Of a DNA stretch of 64,000 nucleotides, positions 11,169 to 24,406 are shown in pieces (within the stretch, counting starts at the first letter, position 1; every line of letters starts with the position of its first letter). Source of the DNA: Trichinella spiralis (taxonomy: Eukaryota); NCBI RefSeq assembly GCF_000181795.1, contig NW_003526943.1:994487-1058486 (forward strand), given 5' to 3'. Made by a program: the position numbers and the translations under genes. The notes under the pieces are model-generated. The model made no database searches and had not been told where the DNA came from. It saw only the letters and a program-made list of their open reading frames with translations.

Positions 11169-13089
11169 TCATGTTAAATTTGATGTCGATGATTTGGATA
11201 AATTTGATGTAGCTGTTACTTCTTTCTGCGGATCTTTTGTTGCGGATGTATTATCGCAAAAATCGCTGGCAACGCCTAAAAACGAAAAACGGAAAATAAT
11301 TAGCCAACAGCTAATGGAAAATTTCAAAATGCTTAATAATATACCACTTTTGTCTTCCGTGATATGTGAGGCTAATGTAGAATCACGTTTAGAAGAAGCT
11401 GCTGTAAATTCTGCAGATAAATCGCAAGCGTTGCTGTTTGCAATATTTGCCGACGACGAAGGATTCTGTGAATTTAAACTTTCTTCAATGTTTGAATGTA
11501 CACTTCCACTTTTTGAACTTCCATCATTCGACAAACTACCCGAAGCTAGGAAATCAAATTTTTTTGAAGATTTTGGTTTCAAATATTGAGAATTATTGGG
11601 ATTGTACGTATTGTGGGTTGAATCGTGTATTGGCACGGGTTTTTCTAACGGTAATTCTGTTTCATTTTTTGATGCTTCATTCCATTCAGATTCATTTGGT
11701 TCTAAGATTAAAAGTTAAATTTTGGCATAACATTTATTATTTATTTACCACTTTTAATATTTGTTTCATTTCCTGTTACTGATGGTTCTTGAGTTTCTTC
11801 GGCGGTTCTTATGCTGCAACTTTCCGCGCCTAATGTAGGCTTAATGCCTGCATCTGGACTCAAAATAGTCGATAAATTTCGTGCACTCTCGAAATGTTCC
11901 ATCAATTCAGATTCCGCTGTTTTACTAAACCTTGAAAGAGACGGTGATGTTGGACTGTTACTCTGCACGAAATCCAGCAATGCGGAATCAATTTTTGAAT
12001 TTTTTGAATATATCAAACTTTCTTGAAACGTTCCTTAAATTTATCTTTTCAATAATACTGTATAAATTTTAAATAAAATTACTGTTCATATCGTTTAGTT
12101 TTTTTCCATTCGATAAACTTCTTTCCAATGTTTGGGCATGCTTGAAATTTGTCAAGTCTAAATAGTGCAAAAAGCGTAACGTAAAAAAATTTTTTTTATT
12201 TATATTAAAATTATTTTTTAATCATTAGATGTTATTGTTTATTCACTTGCGCTTTCGTCAATCACTGGTTTTCTTCTGATGTTCAGAGATTTTCTTAAAG
12301 TTAAGCAGCATTTACCATTTGAAAAACAAATAGCTACGAACAGAAGTCCCATTGTTGCCCCAAATGAGGCAATTGAGATTAAGATTCTAAAATTTAAATA
12401 AATTTATTTAATTTTAACAGCTGAATTTAAATGACCTTTTCTCCAATAAATTTTGAAATAGAATGCATAATAAATTTTCTGTAACTGACAAGTAAATAAA
12501 CGTACTTTGTCAGCAATGAAAGTTTTTTGCAACACTGACCTAAGTTTCGACCATTTTCATCCCGGCAACATTTTGCATCAATAAATATGCTTGGTAAATC
12601 CGAGCAACTAAATAAAATTTTTCAATATTCCCCATACACGAAACCATATTTACCTTTTATCATCACAGGGCGGATTAGTTATCAAAGATTCCTCATTGAT
12701 ATTTTGCACATCCCTTTGTTATGTAAATATTAAATTCATTTAAGCACAATTTGAATTTGAAATACCTTTCATTTTTATCAAAGCTGTTTACATGTTTTTC
12801 TTTACTGCCGATGGTTGCACCCTCAGCATTAAAGAGTTTTAGCATCGCCGTATTATTAATTGTTTGAGCACAATCAACTTCATCCTAAATCAGACATTCA
12901 AGTATAATGTATTCACCTCAGATATTGCAAGTCGCATATTATTATTATGCACATCGTAGAAGCTTAGAAATGCATAATATAATGCCATTAAAGGAATAAA
13001 TAAATCAAATAAAAAGTATTATTTTTCCTTACCTTGAAATATCCAAGCAAAATGCACAAAAACGCATAAAAATACCAAACTCTAAACAT
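11169..13089 (-). CDS. Orphan type-I single-pass membrane protein (~9 exons, roughly 450 aa): signal peptide, short Cys-containing ectodomain, TM helix, long Ser-rich cytoplasmic tail
   Basis: A phase-consistent GT-AG chain reads MFRVWYFYAFLCILLGYFK|DEVDCAQTINNT...NPPCDDKSCSDLPSIFIDAKCCRDENG...RILISIASFGATMGLLFVAICFSNGKCCLTLRKSLNIRRK. It continues into ORFs 11741-12016 and 11169-11636. Confidence 0.7.
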
Positions 13090-13956
13090 GATAATGATGA
13101 AGAAATTCAGAACACTTCAGCTATCCTCAAATGTTTTCGAGTTTTTCATGTACATTAAAGAGTGAAAAGTCTAATTATGATGTTTTCTAATTAACATAAG
13201 TGAAAATGCTACACTATATGTAAATTTGCATAGAAATAAAGACAATTATAAATGATAAAGAATATGCTTCCGGGTAGCACTATTCGTGCACTAGATACTA
13301 CATAAATGTGTCGTTTTGATAGATTCATTGTAATATTATGGAATTAATAAAAATTGAAAACGTTAAAACTCATATAACTGTGGCAGCACAAAAATTAATG
13401 ATTTTCTGTTTGGTTTTTCAGCTCTTTGCACTTTATAATGTACAGTAATTTGAAGCGACTCAACCTGTAGCATCCTTTTTTGCATTACTTCATCAATTAT
13501 TTTTTCAGCATTTATTCTTGCACTTGTTTTAATGAATAATCTAGTTTAACGTTTCTAAGTGTGCTTGTAACATTATGCAGTCAGTACTTCTCCCTCAGCT
13601 TTAAATAATTCGATACAAAGTTGCTTCAATGTAAAACTCTCCTTCATGAAAAATATATCCCTCGTGTTTCTGCATTAATTTTTACTTTTAATTTTTTGAA
13701 CTTTTCGCAAAAGAAAATATTAATGCGTATATCCTGCATTTGCATTCTTATTGTAACTTTATTTTCAAATATTTCATACATTATTCACTGCTTGTAATAA
13801 TTTATGAAACATAGTTTATCATAAACTAAACCTATTTTAAATAACACCTAAACAATAATTTTATATATGCCATTATTAATAAGTGTAATACATATGTTGG
13901 CGACAGTGGTCACACAACTTGATCCCCAGTTATAGTGGACTGTATTCTTCTTTATG

Positions 13957-14390
13957 TCAGATGCCACGAAAAGCATGGACGAATTGTGCGTCGGATTCTT
14001 TTTTTTTTGCGAAGTTTGCTCCAATCGCAGCTTTCAGCTCGTCGTACGAAACAGTTTGGACCGTTCGAGGTTTGAAATGGTCCACCAGCATGCAAAACTG
14101 CTGTTGTCCCAACTTCGACAACAGCAACGTGCGACATGCAGCTTCGGTGCCATCACCATCCAACAGGCCAAAAACTGAAATTTCACATTCCAAACGTTCA
14201 ATATAGTAGATCCACTCCTTTGTCGATGGATTCAAGGTGAACCGTTGTTGAGCCGATGTAACTTGATTCAAATTCATCCTCGCCGCCAAGATGTAACGTT
14301 GTAGTGTAGATAACTTTACTGAGTACCAGCTTGCGAAGAACACGAAGCAAGCAACGATAGTGACAGAATACAGTAATGCAATAGTATTAG
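13957..14390 (-). mobile_element. Truncated Ty3/Gypsy (Mag-like) LTR retrotransposon 5' remnant: LTR end, primer-binding site, N-terminal gag
   Basis: The minus strand reads ...AGTAAA...TTACA-TCT-TGGCGGCGAGG-ATG (PBS 14278-14288, ATG 14277). It is followed by gag-like KEWIYYIERLE...RTLLLSKLG...KPRTVQTVSYDELKAAI and an early stop at 13957. Confidence 0.75.
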
Positions 14391-14700
14391 GGATTCAGGT
14401 ACAATAGCGTGGATTAGAATAATCTAAAGAATAATTTGCTACAGGCTCCGTTTATCAGATTTTGTTTGTGCAACTTTAATCTCGGTCTCAAAACGGGAAA
14501 AAAGGCTTTTGTTCATTGTCATCTCTGTTCAAGAATGCATACTGAAATTGATCGATATGAAAGTCAATTGCAGTAGCATCTAGCAAAGGAGTACTCTGAA
14601 ATAATCAAATCCTATCTGGAAAATGAAGATGCTGAGAAAATAAAGAATCAGGAAGGATGTAGCATTTATCACATTACAGCGCATACCGCTATGTTGTAAA
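14391..14700 (+). mobile_element. Possible highly decayed BEL/Pao retrotransposon fragment
   Basis: Short peptides NLKNNLLQA and EYSEIIKSYLENEDAEKI...IYHITAHTA loosely resemble the region preceding the BEL/Pao RT YYLPHHxV motif. They are interrupted by stops and frameshifts. Confidence 0.3.
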
Positions 14701-15625
14701 AAAATTTTAAAATTTCCACTAGTCGACAAGCATGGTTAATTTTTCACTGACGATTGCAAAGCAGACTGCCTGATGTTGTGGTGTTATTTATTGTATTGGA
14801 TAGCAGTATTTTATTTGCAGTTGTGAATAAATTGTTAAAGCAATTTTTGGCCCAACTGAACTATTACTAGATTTTAGTTACAGTCTACCGAGCTGCATAT
14901 TTGAGTTAGATTTCCAATATAACAATTTTATTTTGCATTATTTTATGTTTTATTGCATGCATAAATTTTTGGTAACGATACACAATGAAAGTGTTTTTTA
15001 AATCTTAGTTTTGAACTTTCAGCAATTAATTGAATAAATAAATATATAGTTGTCTATACTGTTTGCAAAAACCAAACCCTATTTAGATTAATTAATAGAT
15101 TAATAATCAATAAAGCAAGAATTTCCAAAAAAGAAATGACCGTTGATGATTTCAATTTCTTTTCATTACTGGTAAAGCAAAAATAACTGATGTAATTTTT
15201 TTCACAATGCACTTTTATTACGTAGTATTATACGTCAAGTGTATGTAAAATACGCGCGCAAATGCGTAAGCAGACTGATGTTAAAAATTAGTGAAAATAA
15301 TCAAAATTAAACAGAGAAATGTGTTATTAAGATAAAAGAAAGCTTCAAAGAAACAAATTGGTTAATAAATACACTGTATTTTGGCTAACTGCTTGTAAAA
15401 TAATGGTAACTGTCGCATGATTATTTACCAAAGCTGATGATAAGTTGTAAATGTTAGCTCATATTTACTTGCTGTTAAACAAACAGTAGCATTAATAAGG
15501 TTTGTGTACTTACATTTCCAAACGGTAGGTTTTCATTAAAACAGTCAAAATAATTGATATAGAAATCCATCCTTTTATACTCCGTTTCCTTTAATAGCAA
15601 AGTTGCGTGACTGAGACGGTGCGCA

Positions 15626-17939
15626 ATGGGTTCGTTGTTTTACATAAATAGAATTAGCATAAGAAAGAATAAAATCCCAATATTTATACTTTTTCTTATA
15701 TATTTTGCAATTTATATTTTTTTGAGATTGATTCCAAATGAAATTTTTTCCATGAAATATTTCAAAAATGAGTTTAAAAGTTCATCATCATTGCCAAAGT
15801 TTGAAAATCGCTTTTTGGAAATTTACTCAATTTTAACAAATATAAGTCAAAGAATAAATTTGACAAAAAATGCAAGTGAAAATTATTGCGAAGATGATGT
15901 TGCTGAAGTGGCCGAAGCAGTTTATTGGGCAGAATCAAGACAAGCTGAAAATCAAAGTGACCATTCCCAAGTTTGGGTTGAAAATGGCTTCAATCACAAT
16001 GTGAAGTTTGATCACGTTTTCATGATCCAAGTGCACAAAAGACCGTCTTATTTCAAGCAGATGATCGACTCGTTGTCAAAAGTGTGGAACATTTCTGAAG
16101 TTCTGCTTGTAATCAGCCACAGTGCATATGATGAAGAAATGAACAATATCGTGAAATCGATAAAATTTTGTCCTGTGTTGCAATTGTTCTACCCCTTACG
16201 AATGGAACTTTTTCGAGAAAAATTCCCAGATGCAGATCCTGAACATTGCAATGGGTAGGCAAGTTGAAATATTTAATTCAAAAAATAATATTATTGTCTT
16301 TATTTCAATGAAGAACATGCTGCCGTCCTGAATCGAAACGTCGATCCATAAAAGTGGCTCAGATAGCTCAAATTAAGCATCATTGGTGGTGGAAAGTGAG
16401 AAATTATCCGACTGCGGCAGTTTGATTTCGATTCTATATTTTAGCTTGTACAAGCATTTGAATATATAGAAGAATTGAAAAAATCCGATTTTTGGATTAC
16501 TTTGTTAGAAGAAGATCATTACGCTAGTCCTGATTTATACGAAACCCTTAAATCAGTTATCAAAGATAAATTAAAGTAAGTAAAACATTTTCCAACCTCT
16601 CGTACTCTTGTAATAATAAAAATACACTGTTCGATCTCAAAACTATATATAATATTTTAAGTAAAAAACTTTTTTTTGAATAATTTAATGAAATTCATTA
16701 ATTTTTCTAGAGTAAGAAAAGAATATTTTCCTTTAAATAGCATAAAGATAATTTATTAAATAGAAATATTCCATGTTTATTTAATTACATTCATTATTCA
16801 GTCTTTAATAATATATTAAGATTAAAAAGGAAAATAATTTACAAATTAAACAAAAATGAATACCTTTCTTGAGAAAAAAAATTTTTTTTGATAATGAAGA
16901 ATGAGGAGTTTGACTTTTTACAGTGATCAAGTTTTACACAATCACACAACTTTGTTAAATAAGATTAATGGAAATTTAAAAAATGTTTGTGGTACAAATG
17001 GGCATTTTAAAAATATTTTCTTTTCCAGTATTGTTTATTGACGCTTTTACGAGATTCGTAAATAAATACTGCTCATTGGCGTATTTATGCAATTTTTTTG
17101 CTAAGATTTTGTGAAGAATGCCAAATCATAGTTCCTGGAAACTATTTTCAATTGCTTGTAAACAAAAATCAGCCTCCTAATGAAGTAAGTTTATAATGTA
17201 AATTATTAAAATTCTACTTGTATATCTTCTAACACTTGTTTCGTATTTTCAGATTAAAATTGAATATTGGTATTCGTCCACGCATAATTTGGGAATGACA
17301 TTTTCTAGGACGTTTTGGAATGAATTGAAGTTGCATGCTGTTGTAAAGCCATATTTTTTATTTTTTAAAATATATTTATTTCATGCATGTTTAATATAAT
17401 AATTTCGCGTAAGATATGTACACTGTGATACTACATTTTACAATAACACTGTTTGTTACATGTATCTTTTGTATGAAATAGCAAAATTGACAAATGAACT
17501 GCTTATTTTTTTTAATTTAAATTATATTTTATATTAATTCAATTTTTTAGCCTTTCTGCACGTACAACGATTACAACTGGGATTGGACGTTAAATCATAT
17601 TCAAACACGTATTGCTAGAAACTGGAAAGCTGTTGTCCTCAAGTCATCTCGACTATTTCACATCGGAGATTGGTATTTGTAATTAAATTACTTTTTTATT
17701 TTTGAATTAGACAATAGCAAATCATTTATTATAGTGGTACTCATACAAAATCAGATAACTGTAATGCTTCTCTGGAGGCTGTAAAAAATTACATCAAAGA
17801 AATAAACATCCGCACCTACACTTTTAAGGTAGATGAAGGTGGCAGACTTTTCGCAAACTGGGTGACGCCACAACCTTATGGAGCATGGGTAGATCAGAGA
17901 GATCATCTTCTCTGTTTATGGCATATTCATAATATTTAA
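15626..17939 (+). CDS. Divergent alpha-1,6-mannosyl-glycoprotein 2-beta-N-acetylglucosaminyltransferase (GnT-II, GT16) paralog, 7 exons
   Basis: N-terminal TM anchor, then IQVHKRPSYFKQMIDSL, VISHS, QLFYP, QIKHHWWWK, LLEEDHY, HNLGM, FCTYNDYNWDWTL, RLFHIGDCGTH and YGAWVDQRDHLLC. Stop TAA at 17937-17939. Confidence 0.9.
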
Positions 17940-19373
17940 TTTACACTAGTATTTTTATTATAAAAACATAGAACTTCATCGATATATTACCAACTAGGTG
18001 AAAAAGCGCTTGTTTCTTGTTACTGTTGTTTATTTACATTGACACAGATGATTTTTACATATATATAGCATTGTAAATAAAATTGAAATTCTAGAAGCGG
18101 CTGTTGTTACATTCCAACTATAGCAAAACTATTAAATTTGCTTTTGTTGAATTTGTTAATTTTTGACATTGTTTTATAATTTTGGAACTTATGGCCAAGT
18201 GAAAAAAACTAATGCAGCAACATTTTCTGACAATTTTAAATAAAATTGTGAATAGCGATATCGGTAATGACAAAAAAGGAAAAATGAAAATTTTTATAAA
18301 ACTGATGACAAAATTTTAATTTATAATTATTAAATCAATATTAAAATTATCAATTTCATTTTAGTCAATTATCACTTGTACTTATTTCACATTACGACAT
18401 ATGAGCTTGAAAATCATGTAGTTACTGTAGCAATAGTTATTTACGTATTTGTAACGTAAGAATCTTAGTTTATCGGTTTGTGTTGTTAATTTTTCAACAT
18501 TTTCAGCAGTGTTTAATATGATCAATATGGTGAGTAATGTATGTGTGCTCGCGAAAAGTGATAAACAGCGGCGAATTGTATACCTAGTTGGCAGTTTAAT
18601 GAAAATGTTGTTTTTCATAACTGCGAAAATAGTGTGAAGAAGAGGTAATGTTTGCTTTGAAAAAGCATTAAATGTCAAAATTAAAGAAGTGAAATTTGAA
18701 ATAAAAATACACTTTAATCAATCAGTGAACTGATGCTTTTACATTAATGTTGAAAATTTCACAGATTTATTTCATGTGTACATGAATTGTATGATGATGG
18801 ATTTGGTTGTTTACAGTTTCGAATTTGTTTTATAGCGTAGTGTTTTACCGTGTTTTAGTTGTATATTATTGTCAATGTTGACAGTAATTAGAGAAGGAGA
18901 GAATTATTTGTAAGGGTTTGTGTCCGTATACTGTTCAGAATCAATTATATAAATAGATAGTGGGTTTTAATGATGTTTGCTTAATAGAATGGTGCTTGAA
19001 AATTCTAAAAATGAAGGAATTGTTTGTAAATTTTATTATCGACCGATTGAAAAGTTCAGCTGGAAATTTGATTGATTTTTCAAACCACCAGTGTAGTTGA
19101 TTGAGAAATACAGTAATAGCGTTGACTTTTCTGAATTGTTAATAGGCATTGTGTTATCTGTTGATGTTTTTATCTATACCACAACTGAAATAAGTGACTT
19201 TTGTTTTGCAAAATTAAAAAATAGCAATGAATTTTTTTATTTTGTTCTACTGTCATTGTAGTGATGGAAGTGTGCAGTTATAAAAATGATCGATTCTTAA
19301 TACGAACTTTATTTATTTATTAGAGAAAAAAAAAGATAACATTGTCGTGTGGTTTTTTATTTTTGCAGCCGTG

Positions 19374-22066
19374 ATGTTTTGCCGCAGTCAGAATAGAGGT
19401 TACAGTCGTGGTTTTTCCCAAGCGACGCGTGCGATGAGCGATGAGGAGGAAGAAGATTCGGCCGAGTGCAACGGGGGCGTGGCTTTTGCCCGCCAAGAGG
19501 GTCTGTCGATCGGTGCCGCGTCCGGTGAAATTGGTGATTCGTTTTCCAAAATTGGAACTCCCTGTTCATGTCTGGTCGCTTCGATTGTACCGTCCAAACG
19601 TCTGCTTCGGTCGGGCGATGATGACGTCGACCCTGCTTCGAGTCGTTACTTGTGTTTGGATGATTACGATCAGTTTGGCTTCAAAATTGGAAAAAAGGAA
19701 AATGGAGAAGAAAATGGTCGAACGGTCGACGGCAACCAAACCTCACTGTTGGTGGAGGAAGAGTGCAAATTACGCCTGCGTTGGATTGCCTACTTGGAAT
19801 TCACGTTCAACAGTAGAGTGGTCGAAGATTTGACTTGGGAAAAGGTCGAGTCGTTTTTGCCCAGGTCGGAAGAGTTGGCGAGTCTGGTGCGCGCCGGCGT
19901 GCCCCACTCGTTGCGACCGTACGTCTGGCCGCGGCTGTGCGGCGCGACACGACGGCGCCAGCGGGCCGACTACACCTACGCCGACATGTTGAACGAGTTG
20001 AAGAAAGTCGACGACCAAGACGACAACGACGACTATTCGCTCACGTTCGGCCAGATCGAGAAAGATCTGATGCGCACGTTGCCGAACAACGTCTGCTTCG
20101 CCTCGCCGGACGGCGTGGGCGTTGGACGGTTGCGTCGGATTTTGCGCTCCATTGCGTTGGCGTTTCCCGACGTCGGCTATTGTCAGGGAATGGGCGTGAT
20201 CGCGGCCACTCTGCTTCTATTTTTGGACGAAGAGAACGCGTTCTGGATGATGTGCACGATATTGGACGACCTGCTGCCCGACCGGTACTTTTCCGACTCG
20301 TTGCTCGGCTCGGCGGTCGACCAGCGGATATTTCGCCTACTGATCGCCGACTTGCTGCCCGACGTCGACGCCGTGTTCCGTACCCACGACATCGAACCGT
20401 CTCTGGTCACTCTCCACTGGTTTTTGACTTTGTACGCGTCGTCGGCGATGCCGTTCCCAATACTGTTGCGCGTCTGGGATTTGTTCTTCTATTACGGTTC
20501 GACGGTGCTGTTCAAAGTGGCTCTGGCGATGCTCAAACTGCGCCAAGACCAATTTCGGGCGTTGGCCAACTCGGCCGACGTGTTCAATTTGTTGTCGAGC
20601 ACGCCGTCGTCGTTGGGACCGACCGACGTCGAACCGTTGCTTCGTGCGATCGACCAACTCGACACCGACGACCGGCGCTTGCCGTCGTTGCGCGCCACCC
20701 AACGCGCCTACTTGCAACTGGCCCGTCGTCGTCCGACCAACCACTCCGCCGTCGGCCGTCGACTGTTCCGGCGTCGCCATGGACGTTGTCGTGCTCGGTC
20801 TACGTCGTCGTCCGATTTCGACCAATCGTCGTCGGCGAAAAATGTTCGACAAACCGAACTATTGGTCGAATTGAAGCAGACGATCGCCGAACTGGTACTC
20901 GAAATGGCCTCTCGGTCGCCAACTGTACCGGCATCTTTGCAAGTAAAGCTATTCGTTGAAATTTCCCATATCGCGCGACTAATCGACGATATTTATATTT
21001 TTGAGGCCGATTATTCCGTCGAAAGTCACAGTCGAGATTACGATTTGTACACTGAAGCGCATCGCTTGACTCGCCGGTGGGCCAGGGCGTTGGTCGATTT
21101 CGAACGACACGAAGACGACGAGCTCGGCTTTTGCAAAAACGACCTCGTCGAAGTGCTGTCGCGCAGAGACGAACACTGCTGGATTGGCGAATTGAACGGT
21201 CGACGTGGTTGGTTTCCGGCCAAATTTGTCCAACTTGTCGACGACCAACTGCGCGACTATTCCACATTCCCGTCTGTCGTCGAAACAGAAGACGACGACG
21301 ACGACGACGACGACGACAATGATTTCACTGAAGTAAAGGAGTATTTTTTATTATTCAAAATTATTAATTTTTCAAAAAAACATATTAGAAAATTACAAAA
21401 TTGGTTCGACATCAGTTTTGTACAATTTTGAAAACAATTTTCGAATACGGTATGAAAAAGTCCTCTTTGCTTGGTCGTCCGTTTCACCCGTGGTTGTTTA
21501 TTGAAAGTGTTGCTAACGAAGAGGTAGACTATTGTTGTTGTTGTTGTTGTTGTTGTGATAAACATTGCTTTCTTTGTCTCCATTCTACCGTGCAAGTATA
21601 GATTCGAAAGGAGCATCTGTCGGTTCACAGTCGTCTGATGCTCAGTCAAACGTTCCAACTTGACCAAGATGGACAGACTTTCACACCCGAAGAGTTGCTT
21701 TACAAAGCGCTTCAGTATGTAAATTTGACCCACGATCTCGCCAGAGTCTCTTCGATGGACGTCAAATTCCGATCGTTGGTCTGCCTCGGCTTGAACGAAC
21801 AGGCGTTGCACTTGTGGTTCGAACTGCTCTGCACCAGCAACGGCGATCTGGTCGACCAGTGGTACCAGCCGTGGTCGTTCATCCGCAGTCCCGCCTGGGT
21901 GCAGTTGAAATGCGAACTCAGGCTGTTGGCGCAGTTTGTATTCAAGCTCAACTCGGCCTGGGAATTGCCGACGACCAGAAAACGACCGGGGAACAACCAC
22001 CGCCCGATTCAAGAAAGCGTCCGAGACATGCTGCTCAAGCACCACTTGTTCAGTTGGGATACTTGA
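19374..22066 (+). CDS. SGSM3: Small G protein signaling modulator 3 (TBC RabGAP + SH3 + RUN), 4 exons
   Basis: TBC domain ([33 protein letters not shown]), SH3 domain ([17 protein letters not shown]...[17 protein letters not shown]) and C-terminal RUN domain ([20 protein letters not shown]...[11 protein letters not shown]). Short introns start near 20943, 21332 and 21523. Confidence 0.93.
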
Positions 22067-22499
22067 TTTAAAAAAACAGAGATCATGATTTGTATCTTTT
22101 TTTGTTTGTTTGTTTTTTTGTTCGTGTTTTTTGTGTTCGAATCGTAAAACTTGTTGTTGTTGTTTATTTTTTTTCTTTTTTTTGTCAGCAAACAGATATT
22201 AATAAGGTGAAATTGATATTTTTCAACAATTCAACCTTAACTCTTTGCTATGCAGTGGCAACAGCAAGCACACACTCGACTGGCTCGGTGTTTTTTCTTT
22301 TTTCCACTGCTTTTTTTCTTAATCAAATTTCATTTTTCCATTAAATGGGACAAAATTAAAATTTATTATTTTGTCTTTTTTATGAACTTTGTTCATTTCT
22401 GCTTCGTATGCGCTCATACGTTTCATCGTCATACATACTTGGAACATTCGATTCGAATTTGTCTAATAATTAATTAATTAAATCGTAGATTTATTATTC

Positions 22500-24167
22500 A
22501 TGTCTCTGCACGGTGATGATTGCTATTTTTTCTTCTACTCCAAATGTACCAAGGTTAGTATAGTATTCGTAAGTGTGTTTGTGGAACTTTGTTTGAATTT
22601 TTGCTTTTCAGGGTGACCGATGTCCATTTCGACATTCCAAATCCGCACTCGGTACTGAAATTGTTTGCCAAGCGTGGCTGCAGGGTCGTTGCAGAAAAGC
22701 CGGATGCGGATATCGGCACATGAAAAACGGCAAGACCCGATCCACCACGCCCTGCTACTGGGAAAATCAACCCGGCGGCTGTTTGAAACAGCACTGCGTG
22801 TTCATGCATCTCAAGCCGAGGGACAAGAGTCTTTCCGCGGCCGATTATTCTCCTCCACCCCAGAGGGCTAAAGGTCAATTGTTGGCTCCTATGATCTCTA
22901 CTCTAATCATACTATTACATATTCAGTACAGTTGATTTTTCTTTTTTTTTTCTTTTAGCTTCTAAACCACGTAAAAAACGTACTTATGATGACGGTCGCG
23001 TATGGATAAATCCCAAACTGAGCGTTTCGGTGAACGTTGAAGATGATGATGAAAATGCAAATCCCTTGAGAGGAGAAAGTAAGAAATGATGATGAAACAG
23101 ACACATGTGAAATTGTATTTTGTTTTCTAAATTAATTCTCACTTTGTCCGAGTCACTTGCAGTTTTTGTGAACCAAAAAAAAAGAAATATTATTCTTATT
23201 AATGAATAATAATAGTATTATTTTCACTTGATAGCTTAAAAATTATTTCTAATCAAAAGTTTGTTCTGATTATAATAGTTGATGATGATTTTATTCTTGC
23301 AGATAATAATATGAAGAAAAAGGCGAAAAAAAACAACACTTGCATAGAAGAAGCTGATTCTCAGCATGGTATATATATCAGTTGGACAGTTTTTTTTTCA
23401 AAATTATTCTACATAATTAACAATCACGATAGTTGTTTTTACAAACAACAATGCTGCAGGATGCTTTGAATTTCTTATTTTTTTTCAAGGAGAACTTGAA
23501 CTTGATGACTTGATTGTCAATGATATGGTGGACGATAATGATGTAAAGTGTGGTGTCAGTTTTGAAAGCAACGCGAAAACGGTAAGAAGTGTAACTTGAA
23601 ATTTCCATTTTAACGTATTCAGAAATATTCTAACGTATGTGATGATGATTAGTAGTATTATATTTTTAAATTATCGTTTGATTGATTAAAATTATTTTTA
23701 TTTTGTTGCAGAAATTTGGAAAAGAATCAGATTCAAATTCAGAACGACAAAGTTTGGATGATTATTTCAGAGAAGAAGAAGAGAAACAAAATGAAGAATT
23801 TCCGTCGGACCCTGAGGCTGATAATCGCCAACCGAACGGTAGTGAAAACTGCTTGCATGGGCAGCAAGAAAGAGCTGAAGAATTGAACAATAATAATAAT
23901 GATAATAAATCTTGCATATCTGAAAAGAAGAACGAAGAGAATGTGAAAATTTCCACCGACATCGATAATGATAATAAGGGTCAAAAAACGAACAGGTACG
24001 TGCTTTTTGTACACAAAATGAGAATCGATTTGTGAATATTAGAAGAAGATTATTTCAGTAAATTGGGTAGAGCAGAATACGAAGCACGCTTACTTGAAGT
24101 TCTTGGCGAAGACTTGGCAAAGACACTTGCCGAAGAAGGTATTGAATTCGACCTCAACGATCCTTGA
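22500..24167 (+). CDS. ZC3H11A: ZC3H11A-like triple-CCCH zinc-finger protein with a short acidic C-terminus (multi-exon)
   Basis: The spliced N-terminus reads MSLHGDDCYFFFYSKCTK|GDRCPFRH...VCQAWLQGRCRKAGCGYRHM...PCYWENQPGGCLKQHCVFMH, matching the ZC3H11A signature (DCYFFFYS-x-CTKGD-x-CPFRH...CYWENQP-x-GC). The last exon ends ...EFDLNDP* at 24167. Confidence 0.88.
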
Positions 24168-24205
24168 AACTATTAACGAAGCCACCAAAAGATGAAATCG
24201 CTAAA

Positions 24206-24406
24206 ACTACTACAACAACAATTACTACTACTACTACTCCTACTACTACTACTACTACTACTACTACTCCTACTACAGCAGCATCATCATTCATTTATTC
24301 GTCAGAAAAAAATTTTTTTAATAAGCGGCATTTTTGAATTTTGTTTTACCTCTAATGCATTTCTGAAAAATTAGATTAGAAGAATTCTCTTGCCTTGTCT
24401 TTTCTA

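Noticed and set aside
12917..12963. Possible extra exon inside intron 1 of the orphan membrane gene
   Set aside because: Including it introduces stop codons; direct splicing of the signal-peptide exon to DEVDC is in phase.
19835..22045. Arg-rich alternative-frame and antisense ORFs (19835-20959, 20337-20852, 21257-22045)
   Set aside because: By-products of high-GC codon usage in SGSM3.
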